NCBI GenBank assembly: GCA_031365465.1 | Contig: JANLYD010000003.1 | Span: 1 to 63,532 of the forward strand | DNA: 63,532 nt | Reading direction: 5' to 3' | From: Hyphomicrobiaceae bacterium | GTDB lineage: Bacteria > Pseudomonadota > Alphaproteobacteria > Rhizobiales > Hyphomicrobiaceae | Shown: positions 9,144 through 19,245 of the stretch, one piece after another | Position numbering within the stretch: the stretch's first letter is position 1 | Layout of the letters: each line of letters opens with the position of its first letter | Program-made: the position numbers and the translations under genes | The notes under the pieces: generated by a model | Database searches by the model: none | What the model saw: only the letters and a program-made list of their open reading frames with translations | Told to the model about the DNA's origin: nothing

Positions 9144-10000
9144 TCATGGCTGGTGGTGGCGTCGCCAATTCTCCTCCGGCCCGCCGCCTCGGCACTCTCG
9201 AGCGGCGGGATTGCCGGATCCACTACGAGGTCACGGGTAATGGCCCAGCGCTGATTTTCTTGCATGGGCTGGGTGGCAATCAGGTGTCGTGGTGGCAACA
9301 GGTCGCCCACTTCGCGCGGACGCACACCTGCGTGACGTTCGCTGCTAGGGGATTTGCACCGTCGTCGCCGTTACCAGCCGGCCCCGATCCCAACGACTAC
9401 GCCGGCGATCTCGCAGCGCTGATTTCGCATCTGGGGCTGACCAACGTCGTGCTGGTCGGACAATCCATGGGCGGATGGGGTTCACTCGAGTATGCCCTGA
9501 CCACGAAAGGCAACGTTCGCGGGCTGGTTCTTGCCGCCACCACAGGCACCCTCGATTTTGATCGCATCGACGGCCCGCAGAAAATGCGGCTGGCAGGCTG
9601 GCAGGCCGACAGCCGGCAATCGCTGCAGAGTTGGACTGCGCTTGGCATCCACCCCGCGTGCGGCGCGCGCATGGCGCGGGAACAACCGGCGCTGCATCTG
9701 CTCTACAAGCACATCGACGACATGAACACGTCGCTCGACAAAGTCACGCTGCGCGAGCGCCTAGGCCTCGCCCGCGTACGACCGCCGGCGGATATCGCCA
9801 CCGTCGGTTGCCCCGTGCTTTTCATCTCAGGTGACGAAGACGTGGTCATACCGCCGTTTGCCGCCGACGCGCTTGTGCGCCTCTCGCCGCAGACGCGCGT
9901 GGTTCATGTGCCCGATGCCGGCCACTCCGTCTATTTCGAGCGCGCGGAACGCTTCAACGCGATCGTCGAAGCGTTCCTTGGCGAGCTGCCGCCTGCCTGA
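9140..10000 (+). CDS. alpha/beta-fold hydrolase (enol-lactonase-like)
   Basis: HGLGGN oxyanion region, nucleophile elbow GQSMGG and C-terminal DAGHSV. Overlaps the dioxygenase stop (GTGA). Confidence 0.75.
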   Translation: MIMAGGGVANSPPARRLGTLERRDCRIHYEVTGNGPALIFLHGLGGNQVSWWQQVAHFARTHTCVTFAARGFAPSSPLPAGPDPNDYAGDLAALISHLGLTNVVLVGQSMGGWGSLEYALTTKGNVRGLVLAATTGTLDFDRIDGPQKMRLAGWQADSRQSLQSWTALGIHPACGARMAREQPALHLLYKHIDDMNTSLDKVTLRERLGLARVRPPADIATVGCPVLFISGDEDVVIPPFAADALVRLSPQTRVVHVPDAGHSVYFERAERFNAIVEAFLGELPPA

Positions 10001-10027
10001 ACCCGCGCTTTTTCGGATGGCGAAACG

Positions 10028-11305
10028 ATGAGGCGGTTGCAAATGCGTGCGAACACTCAGCCTGCTGCCAATTCTCGGGCTGCGGTCCTGTCGATGCTGC
10101 TGGCAGGGAGCGGGCCTGTGATCGCGCAGACGCCTGCACGGGATTTTCCCGACGGACCGGGCAAAGACGTGGTGTTGCGCACATGCGGTGGCTGTCACGA
10201 CCTCAATCGCCTGCGCGTCGGGTACACGGACGAGGGGTGGCACACCGTTGTCCGCATGATGCAGAACATGCAGACGCCCGTGACGGCAGAGCAATGGCCC
10301 GTCGTCACCGATTATCTGATCAAGTATCTGCCCGAGCGTCAGCGGCCGGCTGCCGTAATCGTGCCCGGTGCCGTCCAGGCCGAGATCAAGCTGTGGCCCG
10401 TGCCGACCCCCGGCTCGCGACCCCACGATCCGTTGGCTGCGCGAGATGGCGCGATCTGGTGGACCGGTCAGTTGGCCAACAGGCTGGGCCGCCTCGATCC
10501 CAAGACCGGCGAGGTGAAAGAATTCGTCCTCAAGTCACCGCATACGGGCCCGCACGGCCTCGCTGAAGATGCGAGCGGCAATATTTGGTTTACCGGCAAC
10601 AATATCGGCCTGATCGGCAAGCTCGATCCTAAAACCGGAGCGGTCACGGAATACAAACTGCCCGATCCCCGGGCGCGTGATCCGCACACGCTTATTTTCG
10701 ATCGCGACGGTATCCTGTGGTTCACGGTTCAGCAGGCCAACATGATCGGCCGCCTCGATCCGAAACAGGACCCCAAGACCGCCGTCAAGCTGGTGACGTC
10801 GCCGACGCAAAAATCGCGTCCCTATGGCATGGCGTTGAGCACGAAAAACGTCGTGTTCATCGTCGAATTCGGTGCGGCCAAGATCATGAGCGTGTCCGGC
10901 GCGGATATGCAGATCAAGGAATTCACTTTGCCGAACCCGGGTGCGCGCCCGCGCCGGCTTGCGATCGATCCGAGCGACCGGATCTGGTATTCAGACTTTG
11001 CGCGTGGCTTCCTCGGCATGCTCGAACCGGCGACGGGCACGGTCAAGGAATGGCCATCACCCAGCGGGCCGCAATCCCAACCCTACGGCATCGTCTTCAC
11101 CAAGGGCGCGGTCTGGTACAGCGAGAGCGGCAGCAAACCCAACACCATCGTGCGCTTCGATCCGGCGACCGAGACGTTTCAATCCTGGCCGTTTTCCGGC
11201 TCCCTCGGCGGCGACATCGTACGCAACATGGACGTTGCGCCGGATGGCAACCCGGTGACGGCCAACAGCCTGTCCAACGAGATCGGCAAGGTCACGATCA
11301 AGTAA
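10028..11305 (+). CDS. secreted cytochrome c domain fused to a Vgb (streptogramin lyase)-like beta-propeller
   Basis: Signal-peptide-like N-terminus and heme motif CGGCHD. Repeated blades follow with a G-hydrophobic-WFT/WYS pattern (GAIWWTG, GNIWFTG, GILWFTV, DRIWYSD, GAVWYSE). Confidence 0.7.
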   Translation: MRRLQMRANTQPAANSRAAVLSMLLAGSGPVIAQTPARDFPDGPGKDVVLRTCGGCHDLNRLRVGYTDEGWHTVVRMMQNMQTPVTAEQWPVVTDYLIKYLPERQRPAAVIVPGAVQAEIKLWPVPTPGSRPHDPLAARDGAIWWTGQLANRLGRLDPKTGEVKEFVLKSPHTGPHGLAEDASGNIWFTGNNIGLIGKLDPKTGAVTEYKLPDPRARDPHTLIFDRDGILWFTVQQANMIGRLDPKQDPKTAVKLVTSPTQKSRPYGMALSTKNVVFIVEFGAAKIMSVSGADMQIKEFTLPNPGARPRRLAIDPSDRIWYSDFARGFLGMLEPATGTVKEWPSPSGPQSQPYGIVFTKGAVWYSESGSKPNTIVRFDPATETFQSWPFSGSLGGDIVRNMDVAPDGNPVTANSLSNEIGKVTIK

Positions 11306-11345
11306 TCGGCCGGCGCTCCGGGGCGGCAACAGCGCCTTGGCCGCG

Positions 11346-12665
11346 CTACGCCTCGTCCTGCGGATGTGGCGGGTATTGTCCGTCGCCGGTCACTGCGCTG
11401 CGGCCGTACCGCGCGCCCAGATACAGCCCCACAGCGAGACCGGCGATCGTGGTGTAGGGCAACACCGGCGCGACGCACTGATCCGTCATGCAACTCGACC
11501 AGACGACGCTGGCGATGACGATGCTGGACAGCGCGCCGAGCAGGGCTCCGGCGAGGCCGCCGGCAAGCGCAAACAGCACGGGCCGCAGCGCCACATTCTC
11601 AGTCCACGCTTCGGCCGGCTGAGGCTCGGCGTCGTCGCCCTGCGCGCTTCTGAGATCGCGTGGGCGATCGACCGTCGTCGCATCGGCATCGGGCGCCGGT
11701 TCCGCCACCGCTGCGGTTCGGCGCGCGGGCGAAGCGTCTTTGCGCATGAGGTCGGCCAGCCAGAGATCGACTTTTTGCGGCCGGTCGTCGGGACGATAAT
11801 TCAGCGCGAGATCGATGGCGTTGAGGAACTGCGGGCGCCATTTGCCGTTTGCCGCCTGGCTCGCCGGCACGAGCGTGTCGCGAAGCGCGCGGCTTTCCGC
11901 TTCCGGCGGAACGTTGCCAGTCACGAGCATGTAGAGGACGGCCGCCATCGCGTAGATGTCGCTGGCGGGACCGATGATGTCGGAGGTACCTGCCAGCACT
12001 TCCGGCGCCATGAACGCTGTCCCGCCACGCGGCGTCGGCACGTTGAGACGCTTGCGCATGGCCAGCCGAACCGCACCGAAATCGATCAATACGGGCGCGC
12101 CGCCGTCGCGGATGACGATGTGAGCCGGCTGGATGTCGAGATGCAGGATCTGCCGGCTGTGCAACACGGCGAGACCCTGCAGCAACGGTTCGGCGATCTG
12201 ATCCAACTCCTGCTGCGTCGGCGTGCGGCGCAATTCGTGTTGCCAGATGGCGAGATCGCGGCCGACTTCGTGCGCCATCACGACGTAGCCTGTGCCGTTG
12301 GCCTCCAACACCGACAATACCGGCACGATGGCTGGATGTTTCAGCTTGGCGATCGTGCGGCCTTCGTTGAGAAACCGGTCGAGACCCCAGGCATAGGCCG
12401 GCGTATGGGTCGACGCCACGCGCACCGTCGGCCCGTCGCGGAAGGCGATGGCGCGTGGCAAAAACTCCTTCACCACGAAACGCCGGGCGTTGCCTTCCTG
12501 GACGCAAATGTAGGTGATGCCGTTCTCGCCCGCCCCCAGCACCGATTGCACGGTCATATCTGCCAGTCGTGCATTCGTCGGCAGCGGACTGAATTTCTGT
12601 ACGGTGTGATCAAGCGAAGCGCCGCCCGCCCCGTCGGCGGTGGTCTTCCGCGCGTCCTCTTGCAT
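11346..12665 (-). CDS. Ser/Thr protein kinase-like protein with C-terminal TM anchor
   Basis: G-loop GAGENGITY, VVKEF lysine, catalytic loop HLDIQPAHIVI (deviates from HRDxKxxN), DFG, APE (FMAPEV). The C-terminus has Gly-rich hydrophobic segments. Confidence 0.8.
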   Translation of the reverse strand: MQEDARKTTADGAGGASLDHTVQKFSPLPTNARLADMTVQSVLGAGENGITYICVQEGNARRFVVKEFLPRAIAFRDGPTVRVASTHTPAYAWGLDRFLNEGRTIAKLKHPAIVPVLSVLEANGTGYVVMAHEVGRDLAIWQHELRRTPTQQELDQIAEPLLQGLAVLHSRQILHLDIQPAHIVIRDGGAPVLIDFGAVRLAMRKRLNVPTPRGGTAFMAPEVLAGTSDIIGPASDIYAMAAVLYMLVTGNVPPEAESRALRDTLVPASQAANGKWRPQFLNAIDLALNYRPDDRPQKVDLWLADLMRKDASPARRTAAVAEPAPDADATTVDRPRDLRSAQGDDAEPQPAEAWTENVALRPVLFALAGGLAGALLGALSSIVIASVVWSSCMTDQCVAPVLPYTTIAGLAVGLYLGARYGRSAVTGDGQYPPHPQDEA

Positions 12666-12744
12666 TCGCCGGGCTCCGATCAGGTCTGTCGTCAGAAATG
12701 GTATCGATATCTAATGGCGCGGCGTGGACGATCTGGTCTGCGCT

Positions 12745-13677
12745 TCAGTTCGTCCAGTTGATGATCTGGACGCGGCGATTGGCGTCCGCGATCGGGTTGC
12801 GTGGATCTTTCAAATAGCCTTTGCCATAGCCTTTGGCGATCAACCGTCGTTCGTCGATGCCGTGCGCCGTCGTCAGGAACTGCCGGACGGCGTCGGCCCG
12901 TTGCTGGGAGAGGCGCAAGTTGTAGTCGGCTTTGCCTTTGCCGTCGGTATAGCCGGCGATCAAGAACTTCTGGTCGGCCAGCCGCGGATCGGCGAGGCTG
13001 CGGCCAAGCGTCGTCAACGACGCGTTGGACCGGGGCGAGATGGCCGCGGACGCAAACTCAAAATAGATTTCGAGATCGATGTAGGGGCGCAGTCTGCCAT
13101 CGGGCTGGGCGAGGGGCGAGGCAAGTTTCGGCGGCTCCGCTGCGACGGGTGCTGCCGATGGCGCGACCGGCGTGGCCGTTGAGGTTGGCGTGGTAGATGG
13201 CACGGCTGGTGCAGGCGGCACGATGGCGGGCGTCACTGCTGCTGGTTGCGCGGGTGCTGCCGGCGGCGGTGGTGGTGATTGGAACGGCAGGGCGACAGCC
13301 GCTGGAGGTGCCACGGCAGCGTCGGCCGGCTTCGCCGCGTCGACTGCAGGTGACGCTGGTGGTGCCGGCGGCGCCGGAGGCGTCGCAACTGGCGCGACCG
13401 CTGGCAGGCTGGGCGGAGCAGGTGGACTAGGTGGCACCGCTGCGGCAGGCGCGGGCGTCGCCGCCTCGGACGGGCGCTTCTGCAACTTGTTGACGAGATC
13501 TTCGACGGCGCGCCGTTCAGCATCTTGCGCGCGCTCCATCAGCGCCTTCATGCCAGCGGCCGTGTCGGCGGCGGAGGGGGCGGCCTGCTGGGCTGCCACA
13601 GGAGTCCACGCGACGGCGAGCACCGCGCCGATTACCAGAGCGGCTGGTAACGAGGTCGCTGGGGCGGGCTTCTGCAT
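12745..13677 (-). CDS. OmpA-family protein with Pro/Ala-rich linker
   Basis: ATG 13677 follows GGAGG. Signal peptide, a long PAPPA-type low-complexity linker, and a C-terminal OmpA-like domain (LIAGYTDGKGKADYNLRLSQQRADAV, NRRVQI). Confidence 0.85.
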   Translation of the reverse strand: MQKPAPATSLPAALVIGAVLAVAWTPVAAQQAAPSAADTAAGMKALMERAQDAERRAVEDLVNKLQKRPSEAATPAPAAAVPPSPPAPPSLPAVAPVATPPAPPAPPASPAVDAAKPADAAVAPPAAVALPFQSPPPPPAAPAQPAAVTPAIVPPAPAVPSTTPTSTATPVAPSAAPVAAEPPKLASPLAQPDGRLRPYIDLEIYFEFASAAISPRSNASLTTLGRSLADPRLADQKFLIAGYTDGKGKADYNLRLSQQRADAVRQFLTTAHGIDERRLIAKGYGKGYLKDPRNPIADANRRVQIINWTN

Positions 13678-13855
13678 GGATGTCACCTCCGGAAAATAAC
13701 ATTCAGAAACAATGCAACGATTACGCCGACGCGTCCTACACTGCAACCACTTTACGGCCTGCGAAAACGCATCCTGAAAACTTGGTGCCGCAACTCGGAG
13801 CGCCGCTGGACCGGCTGTTGCAGCACACCTATAAACTCACCGTGGTTAGCGGCCG

Positions 13856-15598
13856 TTGCGCCGGCACTCGAGCCGTCTGGAAGGTAGTCGGAAAGCTGTG
13901 GTTGTAGTTTTGCGAGGAACGGCGGCACAGCGATTGCGGATCGCATCGGGGCTCGTGCTGTTCGCCTTCGCGCTTCTGCATTTTCTCAATCACGCGATGG
14001 GCCTGGTCAGTCTCGAGGCGATGCTCACTTTCGAGCAGGCGCGTACGTTCGTGTCGCGCTCGTTGCCGGGAACGGTGGTGCTCGGAGGCGCGCTGGTCGT
14101 CCACATCGCGCTGGCGTTCGAAAAAGTCGTCGGCCGTGGAACGTGGCGCATGGCGCCCTGGGAAGCCGTGCAGATCGGGCTGGGCCTGTTCATCCCGTTG
14201 CTGCTGTTCCCCCACATCGTGAACACGCGCGTGGCGCATCGCTTGCTCGCCGTCGACGACAGCTATCTCTACGAATTGGCGCGGCTGTGGCCGGACCGGG
14301 CACTGATGCAGATGCTACTGCTGGCCGTGGTCTGGGCGCATGGCTGCATCGGTTTGCATTACTGGCTGCGGATGGTGCCGGGTTATAGCCGATTTCACCT
14401 GGGGTTGTTGATCGCGGCAATCCTGGTGCCGCTGGCGTCGGTCGCAGGCTTCATCGTTGCCGGACGCGAGGTCGCGGCGTTGGCTGCGACCAGCGAAGGT
14501 GCCGCCGCCATCAAGGCCATGACGCGATGGCCGGATGCCAGTGGTGAAGCGACGCTGGCGTTCGTGCGCGGCTGGACGCAGACGAGCGTGTGGCTCGCGC
14601 TGGGTGCGTTGGGCTGTGCCGTTGGTTATCGCGTGTTCGCCGTGCAGATGGGTCCGAAGATCACCATCAATTACGTCGGTGGGCCGACTGTGTCGGCGCC
14701 ACTCGGACCGACGCTGCTGGAAATTTCGCGCATGCACGGCGTGCCACATGCCGCGATCTGCGGCGGACGCAGCCGCTGCTCGACGTGTCGCGTGCGTGTC
14801 GACCAAGGTGCCGACAAGCTGCCGCGGGCGGATTTTGCCGAGCAGGTGACTTTGGGCAGCATCAACGCGCCGCCAAACGTGCGGCTCGCCTGTCAGCTCA
14901 GGCCAACCGGTAATCTGACAGTTGCGCGGTTGTTACGGCCAACCATGACGTTGCCGGCTGCCGCCGAGACCAGCGAGGCCGATGCCGACGGGGTCGAGCG
15001 CATTTTGGCGCTGATGTTTCTGGATATGCGCAATTTCACCCAGCACATGGAAGAGAAGCTGCCCTACGACGTGGTGTATATTCTGAATGAGTTCTTTGCG
15101 GCCACCGGCAAGGCGATCACGTCGAACGGCGGCATGATCGACAAATTTCAGGGCGACGGACTGCTGGCGGTTTTCGGCCGCAGCAACGGTCCGGAGGCGG
15201 GATGCCGGCAAGCCTTGCAGGCTGCTCGAGCGATCGATCTGGCGCTCGATCACTTCAACGCGAAAATGGCTGAAGAACTGGGTCAACCGCTGCGTGTCGG
15301 CATCGGCATTCATGCAGGGCCGCTTTTGCTTGGCCGGATCGGCTGGGGCGAAGCTGTCGACATGACGGTGATCGGCCACACGGTCAATGCCGCCAGCCGG
15401 CTCGAAGCGTTGACGAAGCCGAAAGCGTGCCAACTCATCATCTCGCGGGACGTGGCCGAATTCGCTGGCTGGCACGAGGCGGCGCTGACGGGTGAGAGCA
15501 TCCGGGTGCGCGGCATCGCCAAGCCGATCGAAATCATCTGCATCGGCCGTGGCCGCGATTTGCCGCCGCAGTTGCTCGGCTCCATCTGGCCGAACTGA
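13856..15598 (+). CDS. membrane-anchored 2Fe-2S ferredoxin-domain / class III adenylate-guanylate cyclase
   Basis: N-terminal multi-TM region, plant-type ferredoxin Cys cluster (CGGRSRCSTCRV ... ACQ), then a cyclase domain (FLDMRNFTQ, FQGDGLLAVFG, GHTVNAASRLE). Start uncertain: TTG 13856 or GTG about 13898. Confidence 0.8.
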   Translation: MRRHSSRLEGSRKAVVVVLRGTAAQRLRIASGLVLFAFALLHFLNHAMGLVSLEAMLTFEQARTFVSRSLPGTVVLGGALVVHIALAFEKVVGRGTWRMAPWEAVQIGLGLFIPLLLFPHIVNTRVAHRLLAVDDSYLYELARLWPDRALMQMLLLAVVWAHGCIGLHYWLRMVPGYSRFHLGLLIAAILVPLASVAGFIVAGREVAALAATSEGAAAIKAMTRWPDASGEATLAFVRGWTQTSVWLALGALGCAVGYRVFAVQMGPKITINYVGGPTVSAPLGPTLLEISRMHGVPHAAICGGRSRCSTCRVRVDQGADKLPRADFAEQVTLGSINAPPNVRLACQLRPTGNLTVARLLRPTMTLPAAAETSEADADGVERILALMFLDMRNFTQHMEEKLPYDVVYILNEFFAATGKAITSNGGMIDKFQGDGLLAVFGRSNGPEAGCRQALQAARAIDLALDHFNAKMAEELGQPLRVGIGIHAGPLLLGRIGWGEAVDMTVIGHTVNAASRLEALTKPKACQLIISRDVAEFAGWHEAALTGESIRVRGIAKPIEIICIGRGRDLPPQLLGSIWPN

Positions 15599-15686
15599 CT
15601 GCGAAGGTCAGCCGCTGATCAACGGTGACCGGTTGTCTCCTCGCCGGGGCTGTGCGAGTTTTTGCGAATTCAGTGCGGGAGCGACG

Positions 15687-16172
15687 ATGGCGGAAGCAGC
15701 GCGGTTACATATCAACGGTGTCGATCATGCGACGACGGCTGCGGCAGCAACGCCGCTGCTTGAAATTCTGCGTGGTGAACTCGGCTTGATGGGCACGCGC
15801 TTCGGCTGTGGGGCTGAAAGTTGCGGCGCATGCATGGTGCTGGTGGATGGCGCTGCTACCTACGCCTGCACGGCGAGCATAGATGCGTTGGCCGGCAAGA
15901 GCATCACGACGGTGGAAGGGCTCGGCACAGCGGCGCAACCGCATCCGCTGCAGCAGGCGTTTCTGGACGAGCAGGCGGGGCAGTGCGGCTATTGCCTGTC
16001 GGGCATCCTCATCTCGGCCAAGGCGCTGCTCGACCGGACGCCCAACCCCAGCCGGCACGACATCGCCGTCGCACTCGACAAGCATCTGTGCCGCTGTGGC
16101 GCCCATGGCCGCATCATGCGCGCGGTGGAACGCGCCGCAAAGCAGTTGGCGAAGGCGGATGACCGGACATGA
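15687..16172 (+). CDS. (2Fe-2S)-binding small subunit of a molybdopterin hydroxylase (IorA-like)
   Basis: Two [2Fe-2S] motifs, GCGAESCGACMV and CGYCLSG ... CRCGAH. ATG 15687 (MAEAARLHING). The stop overlaps the next gene (ATGA). Confidence 0.85.
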   Translation: MAEAARLHINGVDHATTAAAATPLLEILRGELGLMGTRFGCGAESCGACMVLVDGAATYACTASIDALAGKSITTVEGLGTAAQPHPLQQAFLDEQAGQCGYCLSGILISAKALLDRTPNPSRHDIAVALDKHLCRCGAHGRIMRAVERAAKQLAKADDRT

Positions 16173-18280
16173 TCGCGAACACGCTCCCGCTCGGCCTCGT
16201 CGACAACCCGCGCCTCGATCAGTGGATCAGCTTTGCGTTGGCCGGGCATGTCCAGATCAACACGGGTAAGGTCGAACTCGGGCAAGGCATTCTGACGGCG
16301 CTGCTGCAGATCGCCGCCGACGAACTCGACGTCGAACCGAGCCGCGTAAGACTGGTGTCGGGTCAAACGGCTTCGACGCCCCGCGAGGGGTTTACGGCCG
16401 GCAGTCTGTCGGTCGAGCATTCCGGCGGGTCGATCCGGTTGGTGGCGGCGGAAGTGCGGGGCATGCTGGTTGCTGCTGCGGCGAAACTCGCCAACTGTCC
16501 GGAAGCGGAGTTGACAGTCGTCGACGGTGCGTTTCACCGGCTGGGTGCGCCGACGGGGATCGATTACTGGCAAGTTGCGCCGCAGCTTGATTTCGGCCGC
16601 AATGCCACCGGTACGACGGCAACCAAACCCAGCCATTTGCGTAAGTACATCGGCACGAGCCTGCCGCGCATCGATCTGCCGGTGAAGGTTTTTGGCGGCG
16701 CCCCTGCCTTCATTCATGATCTCAGACCGCACGGCCTCGTGCACGCGCGCGTTATTCGCCAGCCTTGGCCGGGAGCAGAGTTGAACGGCCCTGACATCGT
16801 GCAGGCCGCCTCCGATGTCCGCGTCGTGCGTATCCGCAATTTCGTGGCTGTCGTCGCGGCCACAGAACATACGGCCGTGCTGGCCGCCGAAAAAATTGCA
16901 ACGCAGTTGATCTGGCGCGGCGGCACGCCCTTGTTGCCGGACCAAGCGGGGTCCGGTTGGATCGCCACGCAACCATCGCTGGACGCGACGGTGACACGAG
17001 GCCCGGAGCAACCGGGCAAGGCGAGTTCAAAGCGCTTCAAGCAGACCTACACGAAACCGTTCATCGCCCACGCGTCGATCGGACCGTCGTGTGCGTTGGC
17101 GCGGTTCCTTGAGGGACGGCTGACTGTGTGGACACATTCGCAGGGCGTGTTTCCGCTGCGCGATTCGCTGGCGAAGGCGTTCCATCTCGATGTCACGTCG
17201 ATTACGGTCGAGCACGTGCAGGGTGCCGGCTGCTATGGCCACAACGGTGCCGATGACGCCGCCTGCGATGCTGCGGTACTAGCGCTGGAACTGCCGGGTC
17301 AAACGGTGCGCGTGATGTGGAGCCGCGCAGATGAACTGGGCTCGGCCCCGTTCGGCACGGCGATGGTGGTAGCGCTCGAGGCCGAGGTGTCGCCTGCCGG
17401 CATGCCGGTCGATTGGACCAGCGAGATCTGGGGCGGGCCGCATGCCCAGCGCCCGGGGGCTGCGGGCGGCGTCAATCTGCTGGCTGCGGAAGCGTTGCCA
17501 AATCCACCCGTTCGACCGCTGCCGATCGAAATTCCAGAGACCTCAGGCAGCAGCGGACTTCGTAATGCGGTGCTGCTTTACGACGTACCGCATCAAACGC
17601 TGATCAACCATATCGCGACCGGCCTCGAACCACGCACCTCGTCGATGCGGGGCTTGGGGGCTTTTGCCAATGTCTTCGCCATCGAGAGCTTCATCGACGA
17701 GTTGGCCAATGCCGCCGGCATGGACCCTGTCCGTTACCGTCTGGCGATGACATCGGATCCACGTGCGCGAGCGGTGATGGAAGAGGCCGTCCGCATGGCG
17801 CGCTGGGACAGCAGGAAAGCGCCGGGAACCGGGCGGGGGTTCGCCTACAGCCGTTATAAAAACCGCGCCGGATATCTGGCCCTGTTCGTCGACGTGTCTG
17901 TCGAAGAGGAGGTTCGACTGCAGCGTGTATGGTGTGCGGTCGACGCTGGATTGGTCATCAATCCCGATGGGGTTCGCAATCAGGTCGAAGGCGGGCTCAT
18001 TCAAGCGGCAAGCTGGACACTGAAAGAGCAGGTGACGTTCGAGAGCGGGCGCGTCGCATCGACGTCGTGGGATACCTATCCGATCCTGCGCTTTTCCGAG
18101 GTGCCGGAAATCGAAATCACGCTGATGGACAGACCGAACGACGCGACACTTGGGGTGGGCGAAGTGGCGCAAGGTCCGATGGCTGCCGCAATTGCCAATG
18201 CGGTCGCCGATGCCCTGGGGTTGCGCATCCGCGACCTGCCGTTGACGCGCGAACGGATCATTTCAATAGTCAATGGCTGA
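16169..18280 (+). CDS. molybdopterin-binding large subunit (isoquinoline 1-oxidoreductase beta / aldehyde oxidase-like)
   Basis: 703 aa with aldehyde oxidase/xanthine dehydrogenase a/b-hammerhead-like and Mo-cofactor regions (GQGILTAL, GAGCYGHNG, GVGEVAQGPM). Coupled to the IorA-like gene. Confidence 0.8.
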   Translation: MIANTLPLGLVDNPRLDQWISFALAGHVQINTGKVELGQGILTALLQIAADELDVEPSRVRLVSGQTASTPREGFTAGSLSVEHSGGSIRLVAAEVRGMLVAAAAKLANCPEAELTVVDGAFHRLGAPTGIDYWQVAPQLDFGRNATGTTATKPSHLRKYIGTSLPRIDLPVKVFGGAPAFIHDLRPHGLVHARVIRQPWPGAELNGPDIVQAASDVRVVRIRNFVAVVAATEHTAVLAAEKIATQLIWRGGTPLLPDQAGSGWIATQPSLDATVTRGPEQPGKASSKRFKQTYTKPFIAHASIGPSCALARFLEGRLTVWTHSQGVFPLRDSLAKAFHLDVTSITVEHVQGAGCYGHNGADDAACDAAVLALELPGQTVRVMWSRADELGSAPFGTAMVVALEAEVSPAGMPVDWTSEIWGGPHAQRPGAAGGVNLLAAEALPNPPVRPLPIEIPETSGSSGLRNAVLLYDVPHQTLINHIATGLEPRTSSMRGLGAFANVFAIESFIDELANAAGMDPVRYRLAMTSDPRARAVMEEAVRMARWDSRKAPGTGRGFAYSRYKNRAGYLALFVDVSVEEEVRLQRVWCAVDAGLVINPDGVRNQVEGGLIQAASWTLKEQVTFESGRVASTSWDTYPILRFSEVPEIEITLMDRPNDATLGVGEVAQGPMAAAIANAVADALGLRIRDLPLTRERIISIVNG

Positions 18281-18408
18281 GTGGAATAAAGTCTTCACCG
18301 GCAGACGACCGACTTTGCACTTGCGCTCGCGACGTGGGCCGGTGCAAGCTATGCGAAAGCTGTCAGGGTGCTATTCGTCGGCGTCCTAGAGAACGGCATG
18401 GGAGGCAT

Positions 18409-19245
18409 ATGACGGCGTCGGTTGATATGATCGACAGCAAAGGTGCGGCTGGGCGGACGTCAAGTCCGAATTCAGGAACACCATTGCTGAGCGTACGTGC
18501 GGTGACAGTACGGTTCGGCGGCATTGTCGCGCTCAACGGCGTGTCGTTCGACATCACGGAAGGTCACATCGTCGGTCTGATCGGGCCCAATGGCGCGGGT
18601 AAGACGACGCTCTTCAATTGCCTGTCGCGCCTGTATGAGCCGACCGAAGGCGATATTCTCTTCAAAGGCCAGACGATCCTGAAAGCTCCGCCCTATGCGA
18701 TCGCCGGGATCGGCATGGGCCGTACATTCCAGAACGTCGCGCTGTTCGACAACATGAGCGTGCTCGACAACGTCAAGGTCGGCTGTCACAGCGTGAGCGG
18801 CGCTGGATTTATGAGGAGCGCGTTCGGACTTGGCGTTGCAGCCGAAGAAGCGCGGATCGAAGCGCGGGCGCGGGAGCTGGTTGCGTTCATGGATCTGCTG
18901 CCGTACGCAGGCATGCGGGCGGGCCCACTGCCGTTCCCCATTCGCAAGCGCGTGGAGTTGGCGCGTGCTTTGGCATCCGGCCCGAAGCTGCTGCTGCTCG
19001 ACGAGCCCGCTGCCGGGCTCAATCATTCCGAAGTCGACGTGCTGAAGGCGCAGATCCGCCGCGTGCGCGATCTGCAGAATGTCACCGTGCTGCTGGTCGA
19101 GCATCACATGAGCTTGGTGATGTCGGTGTCGGACCGGGTCGTCGCAATCGATTTCGGCAAGAAGCTGGCCGAGGGTACGCCGGCAGAAGTACAACGCAAC
19201 GCGGACGTGGTGCGCGCCTATCTCGGTACGGAGGCGCACGCGTGA
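18409..19245 (+). CDS. livG: branched-chain amino acid-type ABC transporter ATP-binding protein (LivG-like)
   Basis: GGAGG at 18401-18405, then ATG 18409. GPNGAGKTT, LPFPIRKRVELARAL, LLLLDEPAAG. The upstream part of the track ORF overlaps the IorB-like gene and is discarded. Confidence 0.85.
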   Translation: MTASVDMIDSKGAAGRTSSPNSGTPLLSVRAVTVRFGGIVALNGVSFDITEGHIVGLIGPNGAGKTTLFNCLSRLYEPTEGDILFKGQTILKAPPYAIAGIGMGRTFQNVALFDNMSVLDNVKVGCHSVSGAGFMRSAFGLGVAAEEARIEARARELVAFMDLLPYAGMRAGPLPFPIRKRVELARALASGPKLLLLDEPAAGLNHSEVDVLKAQIRRVRDLQNVTVLLVEHHMSLVMSVSDRVVAIDFGKKLAEGTPAEVQRNADVVRAYLGTEAHA

